Source of the DNA: Clostridiales bacterium
GTDB lineage: Bacteria; Bacillota; Clostridia; Christensenellales; CAG-314
Direction of reading: 5' to 3'
NCBI GenBank assembly: GCA_003537755.1
Contig: DPQS01000029.1
Coordinates: forward strand, 27,914-91,913
Length of the DNA stretch: 64,000 nt
Made by a program: the position numbers and the translations under genes. Below, in pieces: positions 1 to 9,417 of the stretch (its first letter is position 1; the number at the start of each line of letters is the position of its first letter). The notes beneath the pieces were generated by a model, which worked only from the letters and a program-made list of their open reading frames with translations, searched no databases and had not been told where the DNA came from.

Positions 1-153
1 ATTTTCATACCCGAGATCTATGCTTTTTTGCAAAATGGTTTCTCTTAATTTGTCGCTTATGTCCGACTTTCCGTTTAATGCTTTGTGTACGGTAACCTTG
101 GAAACGTTCAATTGATCTGCAATGGTTTGCATTGTAACCTTTTTTCTTGTCAT
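1..153 (-). CDS. LacI/GalR-family transcriptional regulator, N-terminal HTH only (gene continues past the left edge)
   Basis: My own translation of the minus strand from the ATG (complement of 151-153) gives MTRKKVTMQTIADQLNVSKVTVHKALNGKSDISDKLRETILQKSIDLGYEN, a classic LacI-type HTH. An AAAGGG SD lies 6 nt upstream. It is missing from the ORF track only because the edge truncates it. Confidence 0.8.
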   Translation of the reverse strand, partial: MTRKKVTMQTIADQLNVSKVTVHKALNGKSDISDKLRETILQKSIDLGYEN

Positions 154-259
154 ATTTTACCCTTTTTTACAGTCAACTTCTAACTTTGATTGAAGAGGTT
201 GTATTTTTCACAAAAACCTTTTTAATAATTTTAACACTTTATGAATACACTTGTCAATC

Positions 260-271
260 TGTTACGTAACA
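260..271. promoter_or_regulatory. Perfect 12-bp palindrome TGTTACGTAACA, candidate LacI-type operator
   Basis: TGTTAC|GTAACA sits in the divergent region between the LacI gene and the first operon. It has the central CG typical of LacI-family operators. No binding data. Confidence 0.35.
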
Positions 272-305
272 AAGAAGTGTATTTTTCGTAATTTTTGAAA
301 AGCTG

Positions 306-334
306 TTGAAAAGCTTATGCAAAATTGCTAAAAT
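306..334 (+). promoter_or_regulatory. Sigma-A-type promoter for locus A
   Basis: TTGAAA (306-311), a 17-nt spacer, then TAAAAT (329-334), about 48 nt upstream of the ATG at 382. A direct repeat TTGAAAAGC x2 overlaps the -35. Confidence 0.5.
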
Positions 335-381
335 AATATCGTATCGTCAATGCAAATTTCGTAAGTAAAGGGGTTTTTTTT

Positions 382-3300
382 ATGAAAAAGATTTACATAG
401 CGATTCTGTTAGCAATTACGATTTTATGCTTGCTTAGCACACTTGTCTTGTCAGCGTGTGATAAAAACGAGCATAGTGATAAAACGGAAGCGATATTAAC
501 TCAAACCGACGACAGCGTGATTATCGGCGTTAAGAAGATGCAAGAGTGGAAGTTCCGGCGTTCGGACGAAGATTGGATTTTTGAAGGTATATATGTAGAT
601 GGAAACAAAACCTTCGTGACGGAAGACGGCGGACTGTTTAGATTCTCACAGTTGACGTACAACAATGGGCGACCATTTTCGATTCTTGATACATCTATCA
701 AACAAATCAGCGTTGAAAGAAACGATAAGGAACAAAAGTCTGTTGTAATAAGCAACGATTATGTTTCTCTTACGCTTACTGCAGTTGATGGCTCTCCGTG
801 GATAAAAAGAAACTTTGCCGTCAATTTGCCTTGTGACAATCACTTTGCCGATTATCAAATCAGTTTTTCGTTGCGCACGGCCGACAACCTGTTTGACCGT
901 AAGGACGGTGCGATAACGACATTTAACAATTCTGTCACATCTGCAGAAATTCCGTATGCTTTTCCCTCAATTTACTCACAGTTTTTTGGAGAAAACAACA
1001 TAACTGACGTAATAAATATAGTCGACTACAATTCCTCCGACTCTGCTATAGGTAAAATGCGACTAAGAAAAGTAAAGGATGTTTTTGAAATAGGTTCGTG
1101 TTCGAAAGAATCTGACAAAAATAGCGGAGATGTGCTGTTTTTTAGTGATTATTGGTATACGAATTGCAACAGCGGCAATGATACTTATGATCTTATAGGA
1201 CTTATGTCTGAGCAAAATGCAATAGTAAGTCCAATGGCTTTTGAAAATCTGGCGTCTCAGGGAAATATAAATGCAAAAACGTTTAAGCAACTCAGTCAGG
1301 GGTTGTACAGTGATTTGTGCGATAGTCGTAGCGTAATCAACGGCGCATTTGTTCCATATGGCTACAGCTCAGGGTGGAGCGAATCGTTTGCCAGCTTTGA
1401 TGTTCTTAAGGGTATCGTGCGTTATGCAATGGCAACAAATGACTCGCAAATGTACAACAAAGCAATTGATATGGTGCGTTATTTGTTGGGTGACAATGGC
1501 TGGGTCACAAAATACAATGGCAAGAATGCTAAAAGTGATGAATACTTTTTGTATATGTCGTATGACGGCAAATTCGGAGCAAACTCCTCCGGGGAGGAAA
1601 CCGGCACCACGGCGGGAATATCTACTTGGAAATACTATGATATGATGGCCAATATTGCCGAGATAGCCGAATTGACAAAGGACAATGATATTGTAAACGG
1701 CTTCTTGCGTCTAATGCCTTTTTTCAATTCGCTTGTGTTAGATGACTACAATCAGCCTGTTGCCTGGTATTACGATACTCGCCAACCTGCCGCAGGTTAC
1801 GAGAACGGTGGCTCCGGCGGTGCTGCGGCAATTTGGGGCTACGTTCATCTTGTTGCGGGACAACTTGAGTCGTCTGACGAAACGGCTCAAAGATGGCAAG
1901 AGGACGGCTTGGCGGCATTGGAACATGCCAACAGTCTAGGGTTCTTTCAAATGTACTCTATTCGCGTGGCTGTAAAATCTGTTTCCCTGGGCTGGGCAGT
2001 GCGCGGTAACGTAAAAGCATATCAAATCACCGGCCAAAAGGAATATTTAGCAAATGCCTCTCATGTGGCAAAAGGATTAGCGTCCTTTTACTACGCAAAT
2101 ACAAACCCGTATACGTTCTTTACATCGTACGGATACTCGTATGCATGTACTAGAGAACGTTGGGAAGCGTACTTTGAAACGGCAAATGCTTTATGGTTGA
2201 TGGCAGATATCGCAAGTGAGATTCGCGATAATGATGCGCTTATGGACGTGTACTATGCTGCGTCAAAGTCACACCAATGGTTTTTCCCGGTAAATGCCAA
2301 TCCTTACGGCAATTTTACGGGTCCGCTTGACTCTTTGGACGCGCATTATGTTCCGTTTGAATTTGGTACCGGCGTGCTTACCGATGCCGCCGGAAATGAG
2401 GGCGGGACGCAATCCGCACTGCGACAAACAAAGGAAATCTATGGTTGTGGAGAAACATTTTTGGAATACCTGATGTTTGAAGCATATGCCCGATGCGTTG
2501 ATGAAAACTTGTTGACATTGTGCGTGACCGGGGCTAAAACGCCTTGTTCTACAACACAGAGGTTTGTTTTCTACAATCCGTTTGCAACGGAAGTATCATC
2601 GGTAGTAGAGTTTGACAATTTTGAAGAAGGAAACTACAAGTTAGTGGTTGACGGCCAAGAAAAAGGTATTTATTCACTTGCTCAACTAAAAAATGGCATA
2701 AAGTTTTCTGTTGCAGCACGTTTTTCTCAAACTGTTGTCATTCAAAAAGTCGGCGAGCAAACGGAATCGCAACTAAATGGCAAAGTAAAACTTAGCGTTT
2801 CCGACGTTTCGCACAAAAGCGCGATATTATCGTTTGGCGGCAAATATGATCATTATATTCTGAAGGTGTCAGAATATACAGACATGTCTGGCTTCTACAG
2901 AATAATTGTGACCGAGGAGGATTACACTCTGTACTTCGACGACGGGCAGGTTCTTTACGTCAACTGTTACGGAATAGACGAAAACGGTCATTCGTCGAAT
3001 TTAAGTGAAACCATACAAATTGAAGGACTGAATGCGGAAGTCGTGGCAAAAGAAACATTCGATTCGGGAAAAACCGACGGATGGACTGTAAACGGAGGTA
3101 GTATAAAGAGCGATTACTTTAGCGGACAGTTTACTCCATCGCAAAGGGATGCAGATACGCCTTTAGTTGCAGAAAAAACATTTAGCTTAACAACTGCGGC
3201 AACGGAATTTGAAATACGTTTTGTTACTAAAAATGCAAATAGTACGATAGATGTTACCGTTTCGGCAAATGGAAAAACAATAGAAGTTGTTAATGGCAAA

Positions 3301-4629
3301 AAGGTGCTGTCGGAAGGAAGTATATATGCATCTCTGGACACATTATTTGACCAAAACGGCAGTGGGGCGGACGTAACGGTAAGAATTGTGAGCGCAGGCG
3401 TAGACAAGGGGTTTTCAATTGACTATTTGCGTTTTGTAAACATCTCGCAACATACAGATGTCACGGCATTTTTAGAAAACAATTTTCAATCTACATGGGG
3501 AGAGAATAAAATTGTTGACGGCAATCTTGTGATCATTAACGACAAGGTGCCTACGGCTATTTCCCAACCCTCGGTTGATGTAACCTTCGACCCGATGGAA
3601 TTGACAACGATAGATGTGCAATTCGAGGGATATCGTGTCGTAGATACCGCGCGTATTACAATAAGCGATTGGCAGGGAAAAACAATTGCCGACACCGGAG
3701 ATTTTTCGGTAGCTATAAACGACGGAAAATTTACCTACGAGGTAACTAAGGACTTTGGCCTTACAAAGAAGGACAAATACACTATTGCGTACTACGTAAG
3801 TAACGATCGAGTTAAAGTGTCTAAAATGAGTTTGCTGGGGAAAAATGGCGGTACGATAGATATTGCTAAGCAAAACGGAGTCGTTGACGGCAACAACGCC
3901 TACATTAACGACGCAGGAGAAATTCGCCTGAAAAACGGAACAATTTATAATTATGGTGAAGTGCGAAAAACTATTCCTGTCGATTTGGACGCAAACCCGA
4001 TAGTGTTTGTAGACGTGGCTGAACTTAAAGGAGCATGGTCGGTAAAACTAATTCCGGAAGGAACCGAAGGAGACATAAGACTTTCGGCGGATACATCCGG
4101 GACCGGAGTCTTTGTGTATGATCTACGTAATGCGCTCAGCTTTTCCGGCAAGGGAAATGTGACATTTTGTTTTTACGTAATAGGCTCGGCTGCCGGAGAT
4201 CAGCAATGCTATGTAAAGATTCCGTCGGTGACATTCGGTAATAGCGTTGACTTGGTTGCTGAAAAAAACGATTGCGTTATTTCTCAAACAAAGTATTCTT
4301 TAGGTCGAGTAAATCTTGCCAATGCTCCGTTCTTGCATATAAACGTGTCCGATATATCGGCAGGTGCATCATGGAAGATTTGCGTAAAGGATGCTAATGG
4401 TAAAAAGTTGGAATTGCGCACTGTGCCGGAACGCAAATACAATTCAAAGTACTGCAGGTCGAAACGTGGACATTATGTGTTCGATGTAAGCGAGATAACC
4501 GGGCTAATCGGATTGCAACAGCTTGAAATTGTCATAGAGGTTGTTGGAAACTCTGCGCAGTGTGCGGTTGGAAATGTTTATTTCAGTGGAAATAACAGTT
4601 TGGGAAACAGATTGCCGCAGGCAATGTAA
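382..4629 (+). CDS. Large surface lipoprotein: unassigned putative glycan-active core, FN3-like domain and four C-terminal beta-sandwich-like modules
   Basis: AAAGGGG SD. Signal peptide with lipobox LVLSAC. Residues ~318-713 align by eye with ORF 11207..14230 (PYGY..SESFA..D..KG; YAC.(R/K)ERWEA; NPYGN; (V/I)PFEF.TG; EGG(T/S)QS..RQ.KEIYG.GE.FL). The C-terminal modules end in V(T/S)F.FY(V/I).G...(I/V)DY-type strands. Confidence 0.85.
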   Translation: MKKIYIAILLAITILCLLSTLVLSACDKNEHSDKTEAILTQTDDSVIIGVKKMQEWKFRRSDEDWIFEGIYVDGNKTFVTEDGGLFRFSQLTYNNGRPFSILDTSIKQISVERNDKEQKSVVISNDYVSLTLTAVDGSPWIKRNFAVNLPCDNHFADYQISFSLRTADNLFDRKDGAITTFNNSVTSAEIPYAFPSIYSQFFGENNITDVINIVDYNSSDSAIGKMRLRKVKDVFEIGSCSKESDKNSGDVLFFSDYWYTNCNSGNDTYDLIGLMSEQNAIVSPMAFENLASQGNINAKTFKQLSQGLYSDLCDSRSVINGAFVPYGYSSGWSESFASFDVLKGIVRYAMATNDSQMYNKAIDMVRYLLGDNGWVTKYNGKNAKSDEYFLYMSYDGKFGANSSGEETGTTAGISTWKYYDMMANIAEIAELTKDNDIVNGFLRLMPFFNSLVLDDYNQPVAWYYDTRQPAAGYENGGSGGAAAIWGYVHLVAGQLESSDETAQRWQEDGLAALEHANSLGFFQMYSIRVAVKSVSLGWAVRGNVKAYQITGQKEYLANASHVAKGLASFYYANTNPYTFFTSYGYSYACTRERWEAYFETANALWLMADIASEIRDNDALMDVYYAASKSHQWFFPVNANPYGNFTGPLDSLDAHYVPFEFGTGVLTDAAGNEGGTQSALRQTKEIYGCGETFLEYLMFEAYARCVDENLLTLCVTGAKTPCSTTQRFVFYNPFATEVSSVVEFDNFEEGNYKLVVDGQEKGIYSLAQLKNGIKFSVAARFSQTVVIQKVGEQTESQLNGKVKLSVSDVSHKSAILSFGGKYDHYILKVSEYTDMSGFYRIIVTEEDYTLYFDDGQVLYVNCYGIDENGHSSNLSETIQIEGLNAEVVAKETFDSGKTDGWTVNGGSIKSDYFSGQFTPSQRDADTPLVAEKTFSLTTAATEFEIRFVTKNANSTIDVTVSANGKTIEVVNGKKVLSEGSIYASLDTLFDQNGSGADVTVRIVSAGVDKGFSIDYLRFVNISQHTDVTAFLENNFQSTWGENKIVDGNLVIINDKVPTAISQPSVDVTFDPMELTTIDVQFEGYRVVDTARITISDWQGKTIADTGDFSVAINDGKFTYEVTKDFGLTKKDKYTIAYYVSNDRVKVSKMSLLGKNGGTIDIAKQNGVVDGNNAYINDAGEIRLKNGTIYNYGEVRKTIPVDLDANPIVFVDVAELKGAWSVKLIPEGTEGDIRLSADTSGTGVFVYDLRNALSFSGKGNVTFCFYVIGSAAGDQQCYVKIPSVTFGNSVDLVAEKNDCVISQTKYSLGRVNLANAPFLHINVSDISAGASWKICVKDANGKKLELRTVPERKYNSKYCRSKRGHYVFDVSEITGLIGLQQLEIVIEVVGNSAQCAVGNVYFSGNNSLGNRLPQAM

Positions 4630-4651
4630 ATAATACTAAAGGAGTATTTAT

Positions 4652-7600
4652 ATGAACAAAAGAATCATTTGTATCGTTTTGGCTATGATTTTTGTGTTAT
4701 GTTGCGTGATGCTGTCTGCATGCGCAGAACACGAATGTAGGCATGTGTGTCCTGAGTGCCAAAAATGCACGGATATCACCTGCAAGGACCCTGTTTGCGC
4801 CGATAAATGCAAGGGGCATACAAAACATGTTTGCGAGCATGTTTGCCCTGTGTGCGGCAAGTGTTTGGATCAAACTTGTAAGAACCCGGTATGCTCCGAT
4901 AAGTGTGACGGAAGCGATCGTATTGTCTATCGTGTAGAAGAAGAGTTTGACAATTCTGAAACCGATTTCGCAAATTGGGATAATGGCGAAATAAAAGACA
5001 TGCACAAGGTTGAAAACGGTAAACTCTTTTTGACGAATACCGGGACAACGGATTATCCTAGCAAAGGTCGCGTTCTTACTGTTACAATAGAGAAGTTCCG
5101 CTACTTGGCGGTAAAGGTTGATTCTCTTGAAGGATCGGATGCCAAATGGTCTATGAAAGTACAATTTGCCCAAGATGAAACGTCAAGCAGAGTTTTAATC
5201 GCGGACAACAAATCTACGGGTTTGCTTTGGGCGGATTTACTTTCTGTTGACGGAATGCCGACTTCCGGTGATGTGACTTTTACGTTGTATATCTACATTC
5301 TGGGCACAAATAGTCAAATCTCTATAGATTATATACGCTCAATAAACGAAATCCCTACGGTACAAGATTTTTCCGAGCAAGGAGATATTAGCGTAACGGA
5401 CGGAACGCTGAGTTTCTACGAAGGTGTAGTAAACGTGAAGTCAGACGCCGGCAAGGTGGCAAAGGTATCTGTTCAGTTTAGTTTTCCTCACAACTTGGTT
5501 AACATGATAGACTTGTACGTAACACAAGTGCAAAACGGGTCATTGTGGTCGCTTTCATGTGACGATATTGTACTTGTTGAGCCAAACGGAAGCATTGGTG
5601 CATTCGGGATAGACGGATTAGTCGCAAAAATCCCTGACGGCAAAACTACTCTGGTATTGTCTGTTCAAGGTGAATGTGTATTTGACAGGATTGCAGCGGT
5701 AGCTTACAATGCTTATGAAGATACTTTGTCCTACAGCTCGGACGATGAACTTCTTTCTGTGTGGAAAGAGCAAGGCTCGGCTTATGTTGAACGTTCGAAC
5801 GGTATGAAGATTAAAAGAGTTTCAAGCGTTGATGAGCCTGCTGCCGTACAGACTTCGGTTACCACCAACATTGCAACATACCCGCAACTTGATGTCGTTG
5901 TTTCGGCTCTTGACAATGCCAAAATAGAGGTTTACTTTGGCGCGGTCAAAGTAGGCGAAATATCTCAAGTCGGAACGTCAAGCTTCAATTTGCTATCGGC
6001 TTATGTCAACGGCGTAGTAACAACTGCACTGAAAATTGTTGTTGTGCCGAACGACGAAGGGTCGCAGGACGTAGACGTTTCGGCAACAATTACAGCGGTT
6101 AAAATCGTCAGAAATGCCGAATACAGTAAAAATGCTCCCGCTCCTAAAGGTACTCAAAAAGAGTGGAACGGTTTCATGAACGAACAGGGTAATAATGCTG
6201 ACAATTTTAGTGGCGATGCCGTAACATATGCGCTTGGCGGAAGTCTTTACATTGTGCAAACTTCATCTGAAGGATATTCCAAAGCGGAAGTTCTTGTAAA
6301 AAATGTTGATTTCTCTGTAAACAGGTATCTGAATATTAAGATAGACGCCATCACTGACGGCGCAAAATTCAAGGTTGATGTTATTCGTAACGTCCAACTT
6401 GAAGGGGAACAAGTGGTGACTGTAATTGGCGAGACTAATCAGACAGGCGTATACACGATCGATTTGTACGCTGTGTTTGGACTTAATCCTGACAATGCAA
6501 CATCTCAAAGAGTATCGTTCTCGATTTTTATTGTAGGCGCAACAGGAAGCAGCTGTCAGGTAGACTACATCAAGTACAATAATACTATAGACGAGGCGCC
6601 GCAAATCATTGACGTAAAACCTACGACAAACGTTACTGTAACCGTTGACGAAGAAGTGGAACTATCTGCCGGCCTTAAATACCACCAAGGAACGGTAGAC
6701 ATAGCGGCATTTATAAATGGTCAAAACGTTACTGAAGATGTTGTTCTCAACGGCATTTTCCGTGCAAATAAATCGGGACAATATACAGTCGTTTTCTCAT
6801 ATCAAGGTGCTCAAAGCCAAGAAAGAACAATTAAAGTAGTGGAAAAGCAACCTATAATTCGAGTTGAAACGGAATCTCAGTCGGTAGTCGTAAATCAGGA
6901 TGTCGAGATTAAGTATAGTATCGCAAACGCTTCGGAAGGTGCAACCGCATCAATAATCGTGAGTCTTGGTGACGACGATGTGACCGCATCTGTTTTGACT
7001 GATAATGTATTTAGAGCAACTTCCACCGGCGAATACACGGTAACTTTTGCTTACGACAATGCCGATTCGCAACAAATCGTTATTACGGTGGTGTCGCACT
7101 GGACATCTACGGATACAAATATTACTATTGCCGAAAACGATGGAACACTTACGATTTTGGCACATAATCAATGGCCGAAAGCGCAAAGAACATTCCGCGA
7201 TATGGTAATTGACGATGCTCCGTACTTAAAAATATCAATAGCCGAAGCAACTGACGCTAATTACAAAATAGAGTTCGGTGACGACTACTACAACGATAAG
7301 CGAGTAATTAAGGCTGAAAGTTGTGAAAAGGGCGTATTTTATATCGACTTACGTCAAGCGCCTTACGAGGGCAAAACAGATAAACCGCAAACAATCACAT
7401 TCTATATTTACGCTGTCGGTACTAACCAAAAGGTAGTGATAGACTGCTTTGATTTTGTAAAGGAAAATCCGCAGGGATCGCAACCAAAGTATGTGTGGAC
7501 AACAAAAGAATCCCACATGACGATAACGCAAACAACGGACAGGCTTGTATTGCATGCGGAAAAAGATTGGCCAAAGGCACAAACTACCATAAACGATATG

Positions 7601-7891
7601 GTAATTGACAATGCTCCGTATCTAAAAATATCAATTTCCTCCGAAACAACCGCAAGATATAAAATCGAGTTCGGTGATGACGCCAGCGGAACGTTCAACA
7701 CAATAAAGGCCGAAAGCGACGAAAAGGGCGTGTTTTACATCGACCTGCGCCAAGCACCCTATGAAGGTAAATTTGATACCGCGCAGACTATCACGTTTTG
7801 TATTTTTGCGGTAGGGACAAACCAAGATGTGGTGATAGACTGTTTTGAATTTATAACAGAAGCGGAATACAATGCTGTTCAAGGAGAATAA
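4652..7891 (+). CDS. Surface lipoprotein: Cys-rich stalk, six ~125-aa modules of unknown family and two Ig-like domains (probable glycan-binding protein)
   Basis: AAAGGAG SD. Lipobox VMLSAC. A duplicated CxxC-rich motif follows the lipobox. Internal module repeats are visible by eye. Two Ig-like repeats each end in G(Q/E)YTV(V/T)F(S/A)Y. Confidence 0.85.
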   Translation: MNKRIICIVLAMIFVLCCVMLSACAEHECRHVCPECQKCTDITCKDPVCADKCKGHTKHVCEHVCPVCGKCLDQTCKNPVCSDKCDGSDRIVYRVEEEFDNSETDFANWDNGEIKDMHKVENGKLFLTNTGTTDYPSKGRVLTVTIEKFRYLAVKVDSLEGSDAKWSMKVQFAQDETSSRVLIADNKSTGLLWADLLSVDGMPTSGDVTFTLYIYILGTNSQISIDYIRSINEIPTVQDFSEQGDISVTDGTLSFYEGVVNVKSDAGKVAKVSVQFSFPHNLVNMIDLYVTQVQNGSLWSLSCDDIVLVEPNGSIGAFGIDGLVAKIPDGKTTLVLSVQGECVFDRIAAVAYNAYEDTLSYSSDDELLSVWKEQGSAYVERSNGMKIKRVSSVDEPAAVQTSVTTNIATYPQLDVVVSALDNAKIEVYFGAVKVGEISQVGTSSFNLLSAYVNGVVTTALKIVVVPNDEGSQDVDVSATITAVKIVRNAEYSKNAPAPKGTQKEWNGFMNEQGNNADNFSGDAVTYALGGSLYIVQTSSEGYSKAEVLVKNVDFSVNRYLNIKIDAITDGAKFKVDVIRNVQLEGEQVVTVIGETNQTGVYTIDLYAVFGLNPDNATSQRVSFSIFIVGATGSSCQVDYIKYNNTIDEAPQIIDVKPTTNVTVTVDEEVELSAGLKYHQGTVDIAAFINGQNVTEDVVLNGIFRANKSGQYTVVFSYQGAQSQERTIKVVEKQPIIRVETESQSVVVNQDVEIKYSIANASEGATASIIVSLGDDDVTASVLTDNVFRATSTGEYTVTFAYDNADSQQIVITVVSHWTSTDTNITIAENDGTLTILAHNQWPKAQRTFRDMVIDDAPYLKISIAEATDANYKIEFGDDYYNDKRVIKAESCEKGVFYIDLRQAPYEGKTDKPQTITFYIYAVGTNQKVVIDCFDFVKENPQGSQPKYVWTTKESHMTITQTTDRLVLHAEKDWPKAQTTINDMVIDNAPYLKISISSETTARYKIEFGDDASGTFNTIKAESDEKGVFYIDLRQAPYEGKFDTAQTITFCIFAVGTNQDVVIDCFEFITEAEYNAVQGE
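4724..4912 (+). repeat. Tandem duplicated cysteine-rich motif (14 Cys in 63 aa) directly after the lipobox Cys
   Basis: The two copies are HECRHVCPECQKCTDITCKDPVCADKCKGH and KHVCEHVCPVCGKCLDQTCKNPVCSDKCDG. Shared pattern: H-V-C-P-x-C-x-K-C-x-D-x-T-C-K-x-P-V-C-x-D-K-C. Confidence 0.8.
7097..7888 (+). repeat. Tandem pair of ~131-aa modules at the C-terminus of ORF 4652
   Basis: Copy 1 spans 7097-7489 and copy 2 spans 7490-7888. Shared blocks: WPKAQ, DMVID(D/N)APYLKISI, YKIEFGDD, IKAES.EKGVFYIDLRQAPYEGK, QTITF.I(Y/F)AVGTNQ.VVIDCF(D/E)F. Nucleotide differences are mostly at third codon positions. Confidence 0.9.
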
Positions 7892-7895
7892 TGCA

Positions 7896-9248
7896 ATGAA
7901 AAAATTGATTGTTTTGTTGTTGCTTTGTGTACTGATGCTGCCTTTTGCCGCGTGTGTAAAAACCCCCGACAGCGATACGAGTAATCAAATAACCGTTTTG
8001 TTCGACAACAAAGATACAAGACTATATCAAAAGATCATAGAACGATTTGAAACGGATTTTCCTCAGTATAAGGTGAATCCTATATGGACTGGCGGTGACG
8101 ATATTCAAACAACGCAAGTTACAAAAATTGGTAACGGCACTGCACCCGACATTATTGTCGGTGGAGACATGTACACCGAAATATATCGTCGTAATTTAGT
8201 CGATCTAACTGAATATATCGAGCGTGACAAGGAACAGCTGAATCTTGATGATATTGTGGGCGGAGTAATGGATCACATGAAAAACAGTGATGGGCAAACG
8301 GTCTTTTTGCCAAGATCGTTCAACTGTAGCTTCCTTTATTACAATAGAGATTTGTTTGATGCAAAACGGGCTGAATTGCTTGCGCTGAATCTTCCTTGCG
8401 AAGAAGGAACTCCCGAAAACGAAAGACACTACCCGAATTCTCAATGGACGATAGCGGACTTCTTTAAGGCCGGCGGAGTGCTTACGCTGTACGAAAACGG
8501 TAATTGTATACAATGGGGTAGCGAAACGCTTACTACCTGGTGGGGAGAATGGCTTATTCATGTTCGTCAAAGCGGCGGAGATTTGTTTGATGCAGACGGA
8601 AATGTTAGTTTCGACAATGACAATTGCAAAAAAGCCATGCAGATAATGCGCGACAAGTCCTATGGCAATCCAACCAATGGCAGACCGAAGATCACATACG
8701 CTCCCGGCGAAACCGATTTTAGCGGTTTTCAGGGAGGAAAGGTTGCAATGGTTTACGGCGGTCATACAAACAACTGGATTCGGTACGATGAAGTTGGCTT
8801 GAATTGGGGAATGACAGTGTTGCCTACAGGTCTTGAAACTCGTAACGGTGCCGAATATGCCATAGAAGGATACGGAATTAGCAAAACAAGCAAGAATAAG
8901 CAAGGTGCATGGGAATTTATCAAGTACCTGAACAATAAGAATGCAATAGATGAACTTGTTGAGCAGGGCGGTCTTCCGATTCGCGTTTCGTCACTAAACG
9001 CCATGCAAAGCGGAGAACGTAAAAATCGTTGTACCCTTGCGTTGGAAGCGATAAATCCAAATGGTAAATACGGTAATTATGCTTGTACTTTGCCGAGATA
9101 TGAGTATTTCGTTGAAATAGCAAATACGGTTGCTTCTGCGGAAATCGGTCTGATGATGTCCAACGATGGTTCGCGTATTTCTATTGATCAATGTGTAAAG
9201 AATATTCAAACAAAAGGTAACAACCTGATAGAGATAAATTATAGATAA
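7896..9248 (+). CDS. ABC sugar transporter substrate-binding lipoprotein (CUT1-type)
   Basis: I prefer the start at 7896 (AAGGAG 10 nt upstream) over the track start 7872. N-terminus MKKLIVLLLLCVLMLPFAAC carries a lipobox. About 450 aa, followed by two permease genes. Confidence 0.85.
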   Translation: MKKLIVLLLLCVLMLPFAACVKTPDSDTSNQITVLFDNKDTRLYQKIIERFETDFPQYKVNPIWTGGDDIQTTQVTKIGNGTAPDIIVGGDMYTEIYRRNLVDLTEYIERDKEQLNLDDIVGGVMDHMKNSDGQTVFLPRSFNCSFLYYNRDLFDAKRAELLALNLPCEEGTPENERHYPNSQWTIADFFKAGGVLTLYENGNCIQWGSETLTTWWGEWLIHVRQSGGDLFDADGNVSFDNDNCKKAMQIMRDKSYGNPTNGRPKITYAPGETDFSGFQGGKVAMVYGGHTNNWIRYDEVGLNWGMTVLPTGLETRNGAEYAIEGYGISKTSKNKQGAWEFIKYLNNKNAIDELVEQGGLPIRVSSLNAMQSGERKNRCTLALEAINPNGKYGNYACTLPRYEYFVEIANTVASAEIGLMMSNDGSRISIDQCVKNIQTKGNNLIEINYR

Positions 9249-9267
9249 AAAAGGTGAGGAATTCTTC

Positions 9268-9305
9268 CGCGGCATCAAACCTGTCAACGACGTTTTGTTG
9301 CCGCG
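9268..9305 (+). other. Intercistronic stem-loop between the binding-protein and permease genes
   Basis: CGCGGCA (9268-9274) pairs with TGCCGCG (9299-9305). There is no U-tract, so it is more likely an mRNA-stabilising or processing hairpin than a terminator. Confidence 0.4.
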
Positions 9306-9417
9306 TAAGAGTTTTGTTTCTAACGAAGAAGCGGAGTAAGTTGACTGCCGATATCAAATACTTTACGATGACGGTTGTTAGTTATGGAGTACTGGAGAAA
9401 GAGAGGATTTAGAGGTA

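Noticed and set aside
7097-7888. Tandem module pair as a possible diversity-generating retroelement template/variable repeat
   Set aside because: The differences between copies are spread over all four bases and are mostly synonymous third-position changes, not adenine-specific. No reverse transcriptase gene is in the window.
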